A stretch of DNA of 64,000 bases, from positions 128,001 through 192,000 of the forward strand of contig CAVPGK010000010.1 of the NCBI GenBank assembly GCA_963703955.1. Direction: 5' to 3'. The position numbers and the translations under genes were made by a program. Within the stretch, counting starts at the first letter, position 1. Every line of letters begins with the position of its first letter. The DNA comes from Nitrospirota bacterium. Its GTDB lineage: Bacteria; Nitrospirota; Nitrospiria; Nitrospirales; Nitrospiraceae. Below the pieces are notes generated by a model. The model was not told where the DNA came from, did not search any database, and saw only the letters and a program-made list of their open reading frames with translations. This document shows positions 20,312 to 31,685 of the stretch, in pieces.

Positions 20312-23122
20312 TCACTGCACATCCTGCCTGAGTCGTTCGAGTGCGATCTGAAATTGAACATTCCCCGGCTGAAGCTCAGCGGCTTTCTGTAGCAGCGTGA
20401 TGGCCTGCTTGGGATGATGTAACGCTTCGGCGGCTTGTGCGGCTAGAAATAGGGCGTCTGCGTTGCTGGGCTCGCGTCCAAGTACCTGATGCCCCAGGTC
20501 CCACGTCATCTCATGGTGTCCCAGGAGTAAGTGAGCCTGGGCGGCTCCCAGCAAGGCGAGTGTGTGATCGGGACTGACTCGAAGCGCGTATTCGAGCTGC
20601 ACGAGCGCGTCTTCGGGTTCGCGCCGGTGCAACAGCGCCATGCCGATCGCGGCGCGTGGCTCGGCCTGATCAAGTTCCTCTCGGGCAATGCCCGAGACGG
20701 TCGGAAATTCTTTCGTCTTGAACTTCCTTAAGAGGTCACGGTTCTGCACGCCGGTCTCGAGATACAGGGCTCGCGGGGCCGAAAACTCCAGCGGTAGGCG
20801 GTCGTCGGTGTTTAAGCCCGCACCGTCGGAAAATCGGGCTACGTCTTGCTCGGTGAGGATAAAATACCCGAAAAGCCCCGCCCATCTCACAATCCCGACC
20901 CGGTTCAGGTCAGGCCGGATTGCCGGCAGCGACTCATAGCGAGTCTTGAGCCTGTCCACATCGAACGGGGCAGCCTCAGCCCTGCCGAGCAACAAAAGGT
21001 CGCCGCTCCCGGTTCCCCATACGGTCGTCTGCGGGAACACACGTCGAAACGTTGCGATGACCATCCGCAGGTCTTCCACTTGCAGGTTGTAGTCGTGAAT
21101 CCACTGGACCATGGCGCCGCCCGAACGCAGATGCTGACGGGCCAACTGAAAAAATTCCTGGGAAAAGAGAGCGGCCAGTCCGCTGATCCACGGATTGGAC
21201 GGCTCGGAGATGATGACATCATAGTCAGCATCGCTGGTCGACAGGATATGCCGCCCGTCCGCGACGATGAGGCGGACGCGCCGGTCTTCCAACACGTTGC
21301 CGTGTTCCTTCGCGAAATAGTCCGAAGCCTGTACGACGGCCGGTTCGATTTCGATCACGTCAAGACGCTCGATCGGATGGCGTGCCGCCGCACCGGCGGT
21401 CATCCCGCTCCCCAGGCCGATCAACAGGACGGCTCTCGGATCAGGGTGCAACAGAAGGGGAAGGTGGGCCAACATGAGCTGCGTTGACAGATCCACGCCG
21501 GTGCCGCCGTCGGCCTTCCCGTTCACTTTAAGGGAGAGGTATGGACCTTTTTGATGGACCGAGACCGTGCTGCTGATCCCATCGCGATAGAAAAGGAGGT
21601 CGTCTCCGGAGAGCTTCTGTCGCAGCGTCGTGTGACCCGTCGCGTCGCTGTACTTTTTGGCATAGACCGCGGGTCCGCTGGACATAAGGTGGCGATCCCA
21701 GGGTGGTAGCGCCAGGACGAGGATGGCGACGAACAGCGTCGCTGCGGACACGCTCCATCGCCAGGCACTTCGCGGCCGATTCGGTGCCATGATGAAGAGC
21801 GCGAGACCGAGAAGGAGGTTGATTGCAATCCCGAGCTGAATCGATCCGTGCACGCCAAAGGCCGGGACCAGGAGAAATCCTGCTGCGAACGTTCCAGCGA
21901 TGGCACCGACTGTATTGGCCGCATAGGCCTCCCCCACCTGCTGCCCGACGCGACCTTCGCCGGACCTGAGCAAGCTCAGAGAGCATGGGAGTGTGGCCCC
22001 GATCAGCATCGCCGGCAGCAGCAGAACGCTGATGCTGAGCGCCGCCTGGAGCCATAGAACGAACATCGAGGAATGCGACCATGCCCACGCCGTGAGAAAC
22101 CAATCGGGCATGTGTTCGAACACGAGTACGGTGGAGAGGGTAGCGAGGCCAATCCCGGTTTGGATCATGCCAAGGGCCGTCAAGCCGCCGCGGAATTTGG
22201 CCGATCCCCATGCGTACACCGCACTCCCCACGGCGATTCCGAGCAGGAAAGCCACCAACATCGATGAGAATGCGTAGGTCGAGCTGCCGATCACCAGTGC
22301 GAGCGCCCGGGTCCAGGCTACCTCGTAAATCATCGACACAGCTCCTGATACGCCAAGGGTCACGAGGATCAGCCACACAGCGACGCGTGGCTGATCCGCA
22401 CCGTCCCGTTCCGCGGGCTGGGGCCGGGATAAAGCGGCGGGCGAAGATGAGCTCTCAGCCGACACACGGGCGGCAACGTCGAACTTTCCTGTGTTGGCTT
22501 TGGCCTTGGCCGTGTACGCGATGACCACGAATCCGACCAAAACGTTGGCGATGGCCGCTATGGCCAACGTCCTTCGATTGCCGAAAGCGGGGAGCGCCAG
22601 ATAGCCGGCCAGAAGAACGCCGAACACAGCTCCCGCGGTGTTCATCGCATACAGCATTCCGACGCTGCACCCGAGATTGTTCCCCGGCCGGAACAGAGCA
22701 TGACTGAGAATCGGCAGGGTGCCGCCCATGAAGGTGATGGGAACAAGCAGGAGAGCGAAGGTCAGCAAGAACCGGACAAGACCAAAGGCTTCAAGAGACA
22801 GCCCGAACGAACGTTGGAGATGGATGTAAAGACCGGTTGCGAAGGGCAACAGGATCGGAATGGCCGCCGCAAGGACGCCAATGCCGATTTCCAGCAATCC
22901 GTAGACCCGAATCAGATCAATGAATCGTGACGTCAGACGGCCAAAGATTAGGCTACCAAGAGCCAGCCCCGCCATGAAGGCGGCGAGAACAGTCGTCAGG
23001 GCATAGACGGTGTGACCAAAAACAAGGCCGAGCATCCGAAGCCAGACAACTTCATAGATCAGCGCCGTGGCTCCCGAGATGAAAAAGCAGGTAAAGAGAA
23101 GGACGCGAACGCGCCGTGGCAC
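20312..23122 (-). CDS. Fused MFS-like membrane / spermidine-synthase-like methyltransferase with C-terminal TPR
   Basis: SGATALIYEVVW repeated twice, LLIGLGSGMT, IEIEPAV, DGR, YDVIISEPSNPW. Confidence 0.88.
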   Translation of the reverse strand: MPRRVRVLLFTCFFISGATALIYEVVWLRMLGLVFGHTVYALTTVLAAFMAGLALGSLIFGRLTSRFIDLIRVYGLLEIGIGVLAAAIPILLPFATGLYIHLQRSFGLSLEAFGLVRFLLTFALLLVPITFMGGTLPILSHALFRPGNNLGCSVGMLYAMNTAGAVFGVLLAGYLALPAFGNRRTLAIAAIANVLVGFVVIAYTAKAKANTGKFDVAARVSAESSSSPAALSRPQPAERDGADQPRVAVWLILVTLGVSGAVSMIYEVAWTRALALVIGSSTYAFSSMLVAFLLGIAVGSAVYAWGSAKFRGGLTALGMIQTGIGLATLSTVLVFEHMPDWFLTAWAWSHSSMFVLWLQAALSISVLLLPAMLIGATLPCSLSLLRSGEGRVGQQVGEAYAANTVGAIAGTFAAGFLLVPAFGVHGSIQLGIAINLLLGLALFIMAPNRPRSAWRWSVSAATLFVAILVLALPPWDRHLMSSGPAVYAKKYSDATGHTTLRQKLSGDDLLFYRDGISSTVSVHQKGPYLSLKVNGKADGGTGVDLSTQLMLAHLPLLLHPDPRAVLLIGLGSGMTAGAAARHPIERLDVIEIEPAVVQASDYFAKEHGNVLEDRRVRLIVADGRHILSTSDADYDVIISEPSNPWISGLAALFSQEFFQLARQHLRSGGAMVQWIHDYNLQVEDLRMVIATFRRVFPQTTVWGTGSGDLLLLGRAEAAPFDVDRLKTRYESLPAIRPDLNRVGIVRWAGLFGYFILTEQDVARFSDGAGLNTDDRLPLEFSAPRALYLETGVQNRDLLRKFKTKEFPTVSGIAREELDQAEPRAAIGMALLHRREPEDALVQLEYALRVSPDHTLALLGAAQAHLLLGHHEMTWDLGHQVLGREPSNADALFLAAQAAEALHHPKQAITLLQKAAELQPGNVQFQIALERLRQDVQ

Positions 23123-23341
23123 GGCACTCTTTTAACACGATTATCGTATTGACGCTAGGCCTCGGGTTGCCTTCCTCAATCCGGTGCTATCGGGAGATTG
23201 AGCCAGGACGTGAGAGCATGTATAAGTAAGTGCGCGAGCATCGACAGCGCTCATGGCATCCATCGAAGACGTCTATCTGTCCTGGCTCATGAAGACGAAA
23301 GATGATGCAATCCCGGCGGAAGTTAGAAAGGAAATACACCC

Positions 23342-23944
23342 ATGACGTCATTCCTGTTCACTCCTAGGGTTGCCGGTCTCTTCGTTGCGCTTCCTCACGC
23401 TCTGGAGAGATGTGGCTGGTTGGTGCTGACCATCAGCCTGCTCTGTGCCTCCCTTAGTTGCTCACCGTTGCCACGCAAGTATCTTCATCAGGCAGAGCCG
23501 GGCGTGACGCTCACGGACCTCGTCACGAATCCGGACATGTATCGTGGGAAAGTGGTCATCTTGGGCGGAACGATCGTCGAAGAAAAACAGGACAGAGGCC
23601 AACTGTGGCTCCGCATGCGGAACCGGCCGCTCGATGAGGATTATCGCCCCCATCGACCACCTCTACTCGAGGGCCCTGAAGCTGGTCGCTACTGGGTGCT
23701 GCTAAGTCCCGACAAGATTCAGAAGAACTATAGGAATTGGGCCCGTGTCACGGTGGTCGGGCAAGTGGTCGGCATGAAATCGAGCACAGGTCAGACGGAT
23801 CAAGGCGATGAGCCGGTCCTTGCCGCGATGTATCTCCGTGGCTGGGGAGGATCCTCGCATAAGGATGCGTGGGAAGATTTCGAAGACCCCAATTATAAGG
23901 TCCGCGCGCCGGGAGGAATCCATGGCGAGTTTGGGGGCCCGTAA
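23342..23944 (+). CDS. Slp-family outer-membrane lipoprotein
   Basis: Lipobox LSC, YRGKVVILGGTIV, RPLD..RP, GRY, RVTVVG. Confidence 0.75.
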   Translation: MTSFLFTPRVAGLFVALPHALERCGWLVLTISLLCASLSCSPLPRKYLHQAEPGVTLTDLVTNPDMYRGKVVILGGTIVEEKQDRGQLWLRMRNRPLDEDYRPHRPPLLEGPEAGRYWVLLSPDKIQKNYRNWARVTVVGQVVGMKSSTGQTDQGDEPVLAAMYLRGWGGSSHKDAWEDFEDPNYKVRAPGGIHGEFGGP

Positions 23945-24257
23945 ATGTGAGGTAGTTCGAAGACACTAGGCGCTTGGACACTTGGTAGCCCTGCGAAACC
24001 TCCATCCTCGCATCGCTTTTACCATCCCGCTGGATTGATGCCCCGCGAGTACAACTACGTATGAGCCTCCGTATTGGCTCTTTAAGAGTATAGATTGCGC
24101 TGACGTTCAGATGTAATCAGGGGATAGGGAACCCCTTGTGGCTGCGCGAGCGAGTGGTACACTTTGTTGCCGACAAACGGGCGTGATTCTGCACCGGGCC
24201 CCGGTCCGTGAGGCGGGGTGCCCGTCCCAATACTTGGACTGTAAGTCAGGAGGCGAC

Positions 24258-24890
24258 ATGGCGACACTTATCATGGAAACATCGAAGTCAGCGCAACGCC
24301 GACGTCGGTTCGCCATTCACAAGATGCAGAAGGCGTACGCGGTGCATACCGGACTTCTTCTCTTCCTGTATTCATCTGTGTTTTTTGTGCTCGCGTTCTT
24401 TGGTCCCCACGTGGCACCCGCCATCACATTGTTCACCGACGGGCCCCTCCAAGAACGTGAGATTGCAGCCAAAGAACTCTTGCTGCTGAGTGAGACGGTG
24501 TGGGTCGCGATCCCTGTCCTGTTCTTTGGCGCAGTCATATTTGCTCTGGTGTTGACCCATCGCGTGGCGGGCCCACTCCACCGCCTGGAGCAGAGCACGA
24601 AAGCCTGGGCTCAGGGCCATTTGTCATGGCGCATCCAATTTCGCAAGGCCGACCAGCTCGAAGACCTCTCCGATTCGGCGAATGCCGCCGTTGAGAACAT
24701 CGAACGGGCGTTTCTTGCAATCCATGCCCAGAGCCAACGTGGCCAGAGAGCCGTTGAGCGAATCCTCGAAGGCCTGAAGCTGGATCCTGCAGCCCAGGGT
24801 AAGTGGGTTGGAGGCTTACAGGAATCCGTCAAGGCTTTGCAGGAGATCGATTCCGTGTTGACTCGATTCCGTTTTACGAGAACGCGGTAG
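24258..24890 (+). CDS. Membrane protein with HAMP-like domain
   Basis: Two TM segments then THRVAGPLHRL...GHLS.RI.FRK.DQL.DL; RBS aggagg. Confidence 0.7.
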   Translation: MATLIMETSKSAQRRRRFAIHKMQKAYAVHTGLLLFLYSSVFFVLAFFGPHVAPAITLFTDGPLQEREIAAKELLLLSETVWVAIPVLFFGAVIFALVLTHRVAGPLHRLEQSTKAWAQGHLSWRIQFRKADQLEDLSDSANAAVENIERAFLAIHAQSQRGQRAVERILEGLKLDPAAQGKWVGGLQESVKALQEIDSVLTRFRFTRTR

Positions 24891-24906
24891 GTCATAACAG
24901 GAACAC

Positions 24907-25503
24907 ATGAGAAGATCCAGTCGTCCTGTCGGCGAGCAGGGATTCACGTTGATTGAACTGATGGTGGTCCTGGCCATCCTCGGCATCCTTGTCTCCATCG
25001 CTAGCGTCTCCTATCAAGTGTTTATCAAGAAAGCCATTACGGTTGAGGCGGAAACAGCGCTGCACGAGGTGAATCGACTGGAGAATCTCTATCATCAGAC
25101 TCACTCGCAGTATTCGTCTGATTTGACCGCCCTTGGCTATGCGCCCACGCCGCCCTTGAGATACTACACGCTTGAAGTTCGGACCGGAGCGGGGGGTATC
25201 GTCTATCAGGCGATAGCTAAGCCTAAGGGGTCTCGACCCGCAGATCCGTGGGTGTTGACCCGCTATGAAAACGGGACCACGGTTCTCGAACAAGGTGGTC
25301 CTTCGACGACCGGCGGCGGCCCTGGGCAACCATCATCACCGGACTCTGACTCTGGTCCCGGCGCGAAGTCGGCAGAGGATACCAGTTCTTTGGCCGGGAA
25401 AAATAAGTCATCGGGTGGTGAAGTCACCGACATCGTGCCTCTCACGCTCACGACCAATCCCTCAATGATTACCGGTGGGTCAGCCTCCTCCGGTGGCAAG
25501 TAG
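24907..25503 (+). CDS. Type IV pilin-like protein (PilE-like) with low-complexity G/S/P tail
   Basis: Prepilin cleavage motif QG/FTLIELMVVLAILGIL. Confidence 0.9.
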   Translation: MRRSSRPVGEQGFTLIELMVVLAILGILVSIASVSYQVFIKKAITVEAETALHEVNRLENLYHQTHSQYSSDLTALGYAPTPPLRYYTLEVRTGAGGIVYQAIAKPKGSRPADPWVLTRYENGTTVLEQGGPSTTGGGPGQPSSPDSDSGPGAKSAEDTSSLAGKNKSSGGEVTDIVPLTLTTNPSMITGGSASSGGK

Positions 25504-25942
25504 GGGGATCATCTCGGTCAATCGAAGCCCCGCGGTGTACTGTCTGAAATCCTCGCTGCTCTTCGAGGCGATACTTCCCTGTCGCGAGAATCTCATCATG
25601 ATTAAGCGCGCGGGCCGGCCGCAAGGCAAAGTGGTTGAGGCCCGCTACCTGATGTGCCCAGGATTTTCAATCAAGGTCTACTTGACTCCGTTCAATCCAG
25701 GTCGTATCTTGCCACGGGGAGGAGTTGAACGTCCCGAGGGAATATTGACGAAATGGGGGTCGAGCGCTGAGGATGGTGTGCAAGCCCAGCTTGACTGGGA
25801 AGCCTGAAATCCTCACCAAGATCTCCACCGTGTCTAAACGCTCCTCGGGGAGCGTGCTCCTCCCCTTTCTCCTTCCATATTCCACTCCTGTCTGCTCATG
25901 AAGATTCTGCGGCCTTGAGCCTTTACGGACCCACGGAAAGGA

Positions 25943-26149
25943 ATGGTCGTGACCATCGATGAAGGGCGACAGCGAATCGAATCGGCTATCGCTCAATTTG
26001 GCCCGCAAGCGGGGATGGCGATCGACCTGGTGATCAAAGAAGTGCGTGGCGACCAAGGGAAAGAAGCCGCGAACGAACTGATCGAGGAGTTTGACCTAGA
26101 GCTGTGCTACAACATCGCGCCGATTGAGGAGATAGGATCGGGCGACTAA
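25943..26149 (+). CDS. Small hypothetical protein
   Basis: 68-aa ORF with RBS aagga and ordinary amino-acid composition. Confidence 0.5.
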   Translation: MVVTIDEGRQRIESAIAQFGPQAGMAIDLVIKEVRGDQGKEAANELIEEFDLELCYNIAPIEEIGSGD

Positions 26150-26315
26150 CATCCCACGACGTCTTGGTCCCTTCTTGGTCCCCTCTGTTCGTTCCTCTCC
26201 TGTGAAACATGAGAATCGGCCACCGCAAGCGATGAACGTGAGTTCACTTCCCCTTTGATCAGACTTCTGCTAAAAGATCGTGACGTAGAAGTGGCTCCGT
26301 GAGCAATGTCGGATT

Positions 26316-27591
26316 ATGCAGTTGATTCACACCGTAACCATTCTCATCTGTTTGTCAGCGCTTTTCAGCTACGTCAACCACCGCTGGATCAAGTTGCCGT
26401 TCACCATCGGCCTCATGGCCATTGCTCTGGCGATGTCGCTCATACTGGTCCTGCTCGGCAAGCTGGGATTTGGGCTGGAGCGGCAGGCGGAGGCTTTCAT
26501 TCGCGGGATTGACTTCAACGCGACTGTGTTTCACGGGCTTCTCAGTTTTCTCCTCTTCGCCGGCAGCCTGCAGATCAACCTCTCTGACCTGTTTGAAAAA
26601 AAGTGGTTTATCGCAACGCTGGCGTCAGTTGGTGTGGTGCTCTCCACGTTTATGGTCGGCTTTCTCGCCTACTGGTTGTACGGACTGGTGGGACTCCAGG
26701 CGCCGCTCGCCTATTGTCTCTTGTTCGGCGCGCTGATCAGCTCTACGGATGCGGTCGCGGTCATGGGCATCCTCAAGAGGGCCAAGGTGCCCAAAGCTCT
26801 CGAGATCGAAATTACGGGTGAAGCCTTGTTTAACGACGGAGCGTCGGTGGCGATCTTTATCGTGCTGTTCGGAATGGCGACAAAAGGGAAAGGCGACCTT
26901 GGGGTCGGGCGTTGAACTGTTTCTTGTCGAGGGCGTCGGTGGGGTCGCGCTTGGCCTCACCGTCGGCTATCTCGCCTGTCGGATAATGAAAACGGTTGAT
27001 GCGCGACAGGTCGCCCTGCTCATTACCCTCGCTGTCGTGATGGGTCTTCATGTGCTCGCTGACTTCCTGAACACGTCGAGTCCTATCGCTGTGGTCGTCG
27101 CCGGGCTTGTAATCAGCAGCTATGGACGATTTCGGTCGATGTCTGAGCAAACCCGTGAATACATCGATACATTTTGGGAGCTACTCGACCAATTATTGAA
27201 CGCCGTGCTGTTTGTCCTCATTGGCTTAGAGGTGCTGACACTGAGTTTCAAGCCGCACTACCTCGAAGCCGGCTTGATTGCGATCCCTGTCGTGCTGCTG
27301 GCGCGTTACATCAGCATTGCTCTTCCAGCCCGCCTGTTTAGCCCGGTCCGTGAGTTCAGCCGACGCGCCACGCTCATCCTGACCTGGGGAGGCTTGCGCG
27401 GGGGCATTTCTGTCGCGCTGGCGCTGTCGTTGCCGCAAGGGGAGATGCGTGACGCGGTGGTCACCGTCACCTATATCGTCGTGGTCTTCTCGATTCTGGT
27501 TCAGGGTCTTAGCCTCGGCAAAGTGATTCAGGCGACCGGTCTACCGGCCCGGGTTCATCAAGAGGCGGTCCCGCTCGTGCCGGGCGCATGA
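26316..27591 (+). CDS. nhaP: CPA1 Na+/H+ antiporter (one frameshift near 26905)
   Basis: FGALISSTDAVAV, ITGEALFNDG, FWELLD, WGGLRGGISVALAL. Confidence 0.88.
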
Positions 27592-27752
27592 GCCCTCCGG
27601 ACGTACGACCTTGTGCCGAATCACGTGGTCTTATGAGATACCGAGTCGCTATTTTCGGCCCCACCCATCATGAGACTCATGAGCAAGAGTACGAAGGAAC
27701 TCAGAAAGCGACAGGGTGACGAAGACGCCGACTGGCCCTAGACTTTGAGGTC

Positions 27753-30263
27753 TTATTCTTTGAGCCCTGTGACGTTGTGGACCGAGACGGGCCGGCGGAA
27801 CCCTTTCAAGTTCAGGGTTCCGACCGGCTCGGTGCAGACAACGTCTTTCACCAGTTCCATGAGGCGATCGGAGATAAGGATCTGCCCGTGTTGAGCTTCG
27901 CCGCACAGCCGCGCGGCAAGATTGGTGACAGTCCCGATCGCTGCGTAATCTTTGCGTCCTTCGAACCCAATCACCCCCAGGGTAGCATTGCCGGTAGCGA
28001 GACCAATGCCACCCCCCAGCTCGAAGCCTCGCGTCATCCATTGCTCCTGAAGCTTGATGACGTAGTTCCGCATGGCAAGTGCCATTCGGATCGCCTGCTC
28101 GGGATGATTCTGGACCGGGACGGGATCGTTCAAGAAGATCATCATGGCATCTCCGGAGAATCGTTCGACGGTTCCCTTATGCTCGGTGATGACCGGTCCC
28201 ATGGTGGCCTGATACTCCCGCAGCACGGCTATGACGTCTTCTGGTTCGGCAGTTTCAGCAAAGGCGGTGAAACCCCTCAGATCGATGAACACAACCGTTA
28301 CTTCTCTCCGATGACCTTTCAGGAAGTCTTCGGCCGTCCCAGATAGAATCAAGTCACCGAGTTGTGAGGGAAGGAACCGCGCGAGCTTCTCCTTTTGGAG
28401 CGCTAGGAGTTCCCGCTCCTGACGACGCCCCCGGATCAGGTTGCCTACACGAGCAAGCACCTCCTGCTCATCAAACGGCTTCGCAATGTAGTCATCCGCG
28501 CCTGCCTCGAGCGTTTCGACGCGGGCGTCGGACCCGGCCCGAGCGGTTAGAAAGATGATGGGAATCATGCGGAGAGTTTGATCATCCCTCACTGCCTTCA
28601 AGAGGTCATATCCGCTCATGCGCGGCATCATGGCATCCGTCAAAATGAGATCAGGATGATTGGACCTAACTAGTTCCAGGGCCTCGACCCCGTCCTTGGC
28701 CAACAGGATGCGGTAATAGGTTCGCAACATGCGGGCCAAGTAAGTCCGCATGTCGGCATTGTCATCCGCCACAATCACCGATGGGAGATCTCTATTCGAC
28801 GGAGATGCGATTGCATCGGGGGACAATGGAGCTTCGGCGCCGGCCTGGACGGTGGCCTTCAGGATGGTCTCTTCTTCATCAATCGACACCATGTTCTCAA
28901 GCGTCGCTGCTCCCCGAGGCAGCGTCATCGTGAAGATTGACCCACGACCCGGCTCGCTCTCGACGGCGATGGTTCCTTTATGCAGGGTCACCACTTCTTT
29001 GACCAATGCCAAGCCTATCCCGCTTCCCTCGAAACGGCGGGTGGCGCTGCTTTCGACCTGCGTGAATCGATCGAAGATACGATCCCAGTGCTCCCGCGGT
29101 ATGCCGATCCCATTGTCCTCGACCTCAAGTTCCGCGGTGGTCTCTGTTGCTCGCAATTTCAACCACACCTGGCCTTCCTCCGAATCACAGAATTTGAACG
29201 CGTTGGATAACAGGTTGTACAGCACCTTCTTGATTTGGCGAGGATCGGCTTCGATGGCAACGGGTTGATCCATCCCTCGGTAATGAACCCGTCGTCGTTC
29301 TGAAGACTCGAAATTAGCCGCAACGTTGCGGATCAGCGTGGTGAAGTCGACGCAGCGTCTATTCAATTCAACGCGCCCGCTATCAAAACGAGCCAGCTCC
29401 AGCAGTTCGTTGATGAGGGAAAGCAGCCGTGAGGTGTTCCGCAATCCGGTGTGCAACAGTTCCTGTGACTCCGGTGTGGATGAAAACTTTTGAAGTGTCT
29501 TGAACATGCCGAGAATCAGAGTCAGGGGGGTACGTAGTTCATGACTGATGTTGGCGAAGAACTCGCTTTTTAAGCGGTCCAACTCCAAGAGTTTCCGGTG
29601 GGACCCTTCCAGCTCTTTTCGAGCGCTGCGCTCCGCGAGGCGCGACTTGAATTCCGCCTGTTGCAGGCGCTCATAAAGACTGACCGAAATGATGAGGGCG
29701 ACACAAGTCCATACGAGAAAGAAGGAATTTTGAATGGCTGCATACGCGTCGGCGCCGCCCGGCTGGCTGATCAGATTGGCCGTGTAGTAGTAGAGCAAGG
29801 TGCCGACTTGAGCCGTCAGGTGGCTACGCCAGGACACAGGGACGATGACGGCTGCGGCGAGGAAAACCAGGCTCAGTCCGTTGTAATACTGGGAGGAGAA
29901 TCCACCAGTCAGCAGGGTCATATGAACAACGAGCGCATTCGGCCAGAGGATCCAAAATGCGAGCAGCACTGGCGGTTTGAGCCGAATGAGCTGCTGCCTT
30001 AAGCTCAGCAAACCGATGAGCAAGCCGAATTCAAGAAACACGCGGATCAGGAAGAGGGAACGCAGCGCCTCAGGATGGATCAGAATGTCGAGAATAGAGA
30101 AGACCGGATTGGCAATCAGCCCGACGAGATACAGAACCCAGAGCCGTTGTCCGGCGAAGCGATCACGCCACTCTGCATAACTTTCTGATGTGTCCGGGCT
30201 CCCGGACTGTTGGCCTGTGCTCTGCTCGTCACGTGGGCGGCTGGGTTCCGGCTTCATGATCAC
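27753..30263 (-). CDS. Membrane hybrid histidine kinase - receiver - class III adenylate/guanylate cyclase
   Basis: SHELRTPL, NLLSNAFKF, DNGIG, GSGIGL; REC (VADD, TDAMMP, KPF); cyclase (FIDLRGFT, GDAMM, IGTVTNLAARL). Confidence 0.92.
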   Translation of the reverse strand: MIMKPEPSRPRDEQSTGQQSGSPDTSESYAEWRDRFAGQRLWVLYLVGLIANPVFSILDILIHPEALRSLFLIRVFLEFGLLIGLLSLRQQLIRLKPPVLLAFWILWPNALVVHMTLLTGGFSSQYYNGLSLVFLAAAVIVPVSWRSHLTAQVGTLLYYYTANLISQPGGADAYAAIQNSFFLVWTCVALIISVSLYERLQQAEFKSRLAERSARKELEGSHRKLLELDRLKSEFFANISHELRTPLTLILGMFKTLQKFSSTPESQELLHTGLRNTSRLLSLINELLELARFDSGRVELNRRCVDFTTLIRNVAANFESSERRRVHYRGMDQPVAIEADPRQIKKVLYNLLSNAFKFCDSEEGQVWLKLRATETTAELEVEDNGIGIPREHWDRIFDRFTQVESSATRRFEGSGIGLALVKEVVTLHKGTIAVESEPGRGSIFTMTLPRGAATLENMVSIDEEETILKATVQAGAEAPLSPDAIASPSNRDLPSVIVADDNADMRTYLARMLRTYYRILLAKDGVEALELVRSNHPDLILTDAMMPRMSGYDLLKAVRDDQTLRMIPIIFLTARAGSDARVETLEAGADDYIAKPFDEQEVLARVGNLIRGRRQERELLALQKEKLARFLPSQLGDLILSGTAEDFLKGHRREVTVVFIDLRGFTAFAETAEPEDVIAVLREYQATMGPVITEHKGTVERFSGDAMMIFLNDPVPVQNHPEQAIRMALAMRNYVIKLQEQWMTRGFELGGGIGLATGNATLGVIGFEGRKDYAAIGTVTNLAARLCGEAQHGQILISDRLMELVKDVVCTEPVGTLNLKGFRRPVSVHNVTGLKE

Positions 30264-30375
30264 TCAGCTAATGAAAATGCCGTGGACGGTGACAGACCGT
30301 CGCCAGGCTGTCGGCTACAAGAATGCGGGTGGAAGGTGAGTCGATGAAGAATTGGTGTCCGTCGCTCTCCGAGCC

Positions 30376-31482
30376 TCATGGTATTGTCGTGATGGCCTTG
30401 CCTGATTCAACCTCTACATCGAGTCCCGGTCCCCAAGGGGACTGGAGCGTAGGGCCGGAGTATTGATAGCCGCCTTTCACGGGGTCAGCGGCCAGCAGGA
30501 GCGGGGTGTCGAGATCGAGCACTTCGAATCCGCCGAGTCCCAGGGCCATGGCAAATGAGCAACCCATGCCGATTCGGGTCTCCACCATCCCGCCGATCAT
30601 CAGTCGCAAGCCGGACGCGACTGCGAATGCCGCAATGTCCATCGCTTCCAACACGCCGGTCTTCATTATCTTAATATTAATGAAATCGGCGGCCTCGGCG
30701 CGTACGAGGTTCTTCACATCCTGAATGGACCGAACCGACTCGTCGGCTGCCACCGGAATACCCCCGTCGCGGCGCAAGGCAGCCATCCCCTCTAAGTCCT
30801 CACGTGGAACCGGCTGCTCCAATAGCACGACGTTCCCTGCATACTGTCTGACCTCTTTTATGAAGAATCGACAGACTTCTTGTGTGAAACCCTGATTGGC
30901 GTCGGCGATCAGGGCGATGTTGGGAAAGATACGGTGAAGGGCTTCCAAGCGGCGGATGTCTTCATCCACATCGGCGCCGACCTTGGTCTTGAACAGACGG
31001 AACCCCTGGCTGTACCAACCGCGGGCGAGCATCACTGTGTGATCGAGGTCGGTAATAGGAATGGTGATGTCCGTTTCGCGGTCCCTCACGTCGGCTCCGC
31101 CCCAGAAACCCCAGAGTGGGGTGCCGACTGCTCGACAGAGCGCATCGAGCAGCGCGGTTTCCAGGCCGCAGCGGGTGGCCGGGTGGGACGGAGCGATGTC
31201 GTGGAGCTGGCGGGCGATCCGTCTATAGTGGATGGCGGGTTGTCCCACCATGACCTTGGCAAGCTGCGGGGCAATCTGTTCGCAGGAGGAGCGAACTTCG
31301 CCGCCGACCTCCGGGAATGGCGCCATTTCCCCATACCCGTGGGCTCCGCCCTCTAGTGTGAGTCGAACGAACACATTCTGAGCTGCGCCCTTCCGGCCGG
31401 TCGCTACGACGAACGGGTCGGTGAGGGGAATATCAACCGGCCAAACTTCGACTTTCGTGATGGTGTATGGATCACCGCTCAT
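30376..31482 (-). CDS. Dipeptide epimerase (L-Ala-D/L-Glu epimerase, enolase superfamily)
   Basis: FKTKVG, DANQG, EQP, ADES, NIKIMKTG, DLDTP. Confidence 0.9.
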   Translation of the reverse strand: MSGDPYTITKVEVWPVDIPLTDPFVVATGRKGAAQNVFVRLTLEGGAHGYGEMAPFPEVGGEVRSSCEQIAPQLAKVMVGQPAIHYRRIARQLHDIAPSHPATRCGLETALLDALCRAVGTPLWGFWGGADVRDRETDITIPITDLDHTVMLARGWYSQGFRLFKTKVGADVDEDIRRLEALHRIFPNIALIADANQGFTQEVCRFFIKEVRQYAGNVVLLEQPVPREDLEGMAALRRDGGIPVAADESVRSIQDVKNLVRAEAADFINIKIMKTGVLEAMDIAAFAVASGLRLMIGGMVETRIGMGCSFAMALGLGGFEVLDLDTPLLLAADPVKGGYQYSGPTLQSPWGPGLDVEVESGKAITTIP

Positions 31483-31685
31483 GGTTAGCCTTTTCCGGAG
31501 CTATCTCACATTCGCCGAGCGTGCGTAGCATAAGCATTTTCATCGAAATGATCTAGAGGGTAACAAAGCGATCACTGACAACGGGTGTGATCGGATAGGC
31601 TGTCGCAGGTTATCGATGGATACCCGGCCATTCCCTTTTCGCGCTACTATACCGCCGGTCGAACGCTCCTAGAGTATGAACGTCA

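Noticed and set aside
24170..24235. Riboswitch upstream of the HAMP/pilin genes
   Set aside because: GC-rich stems can be drawn, but I could not match conserved nucleotides of c-di-GMP or other known aptamers.
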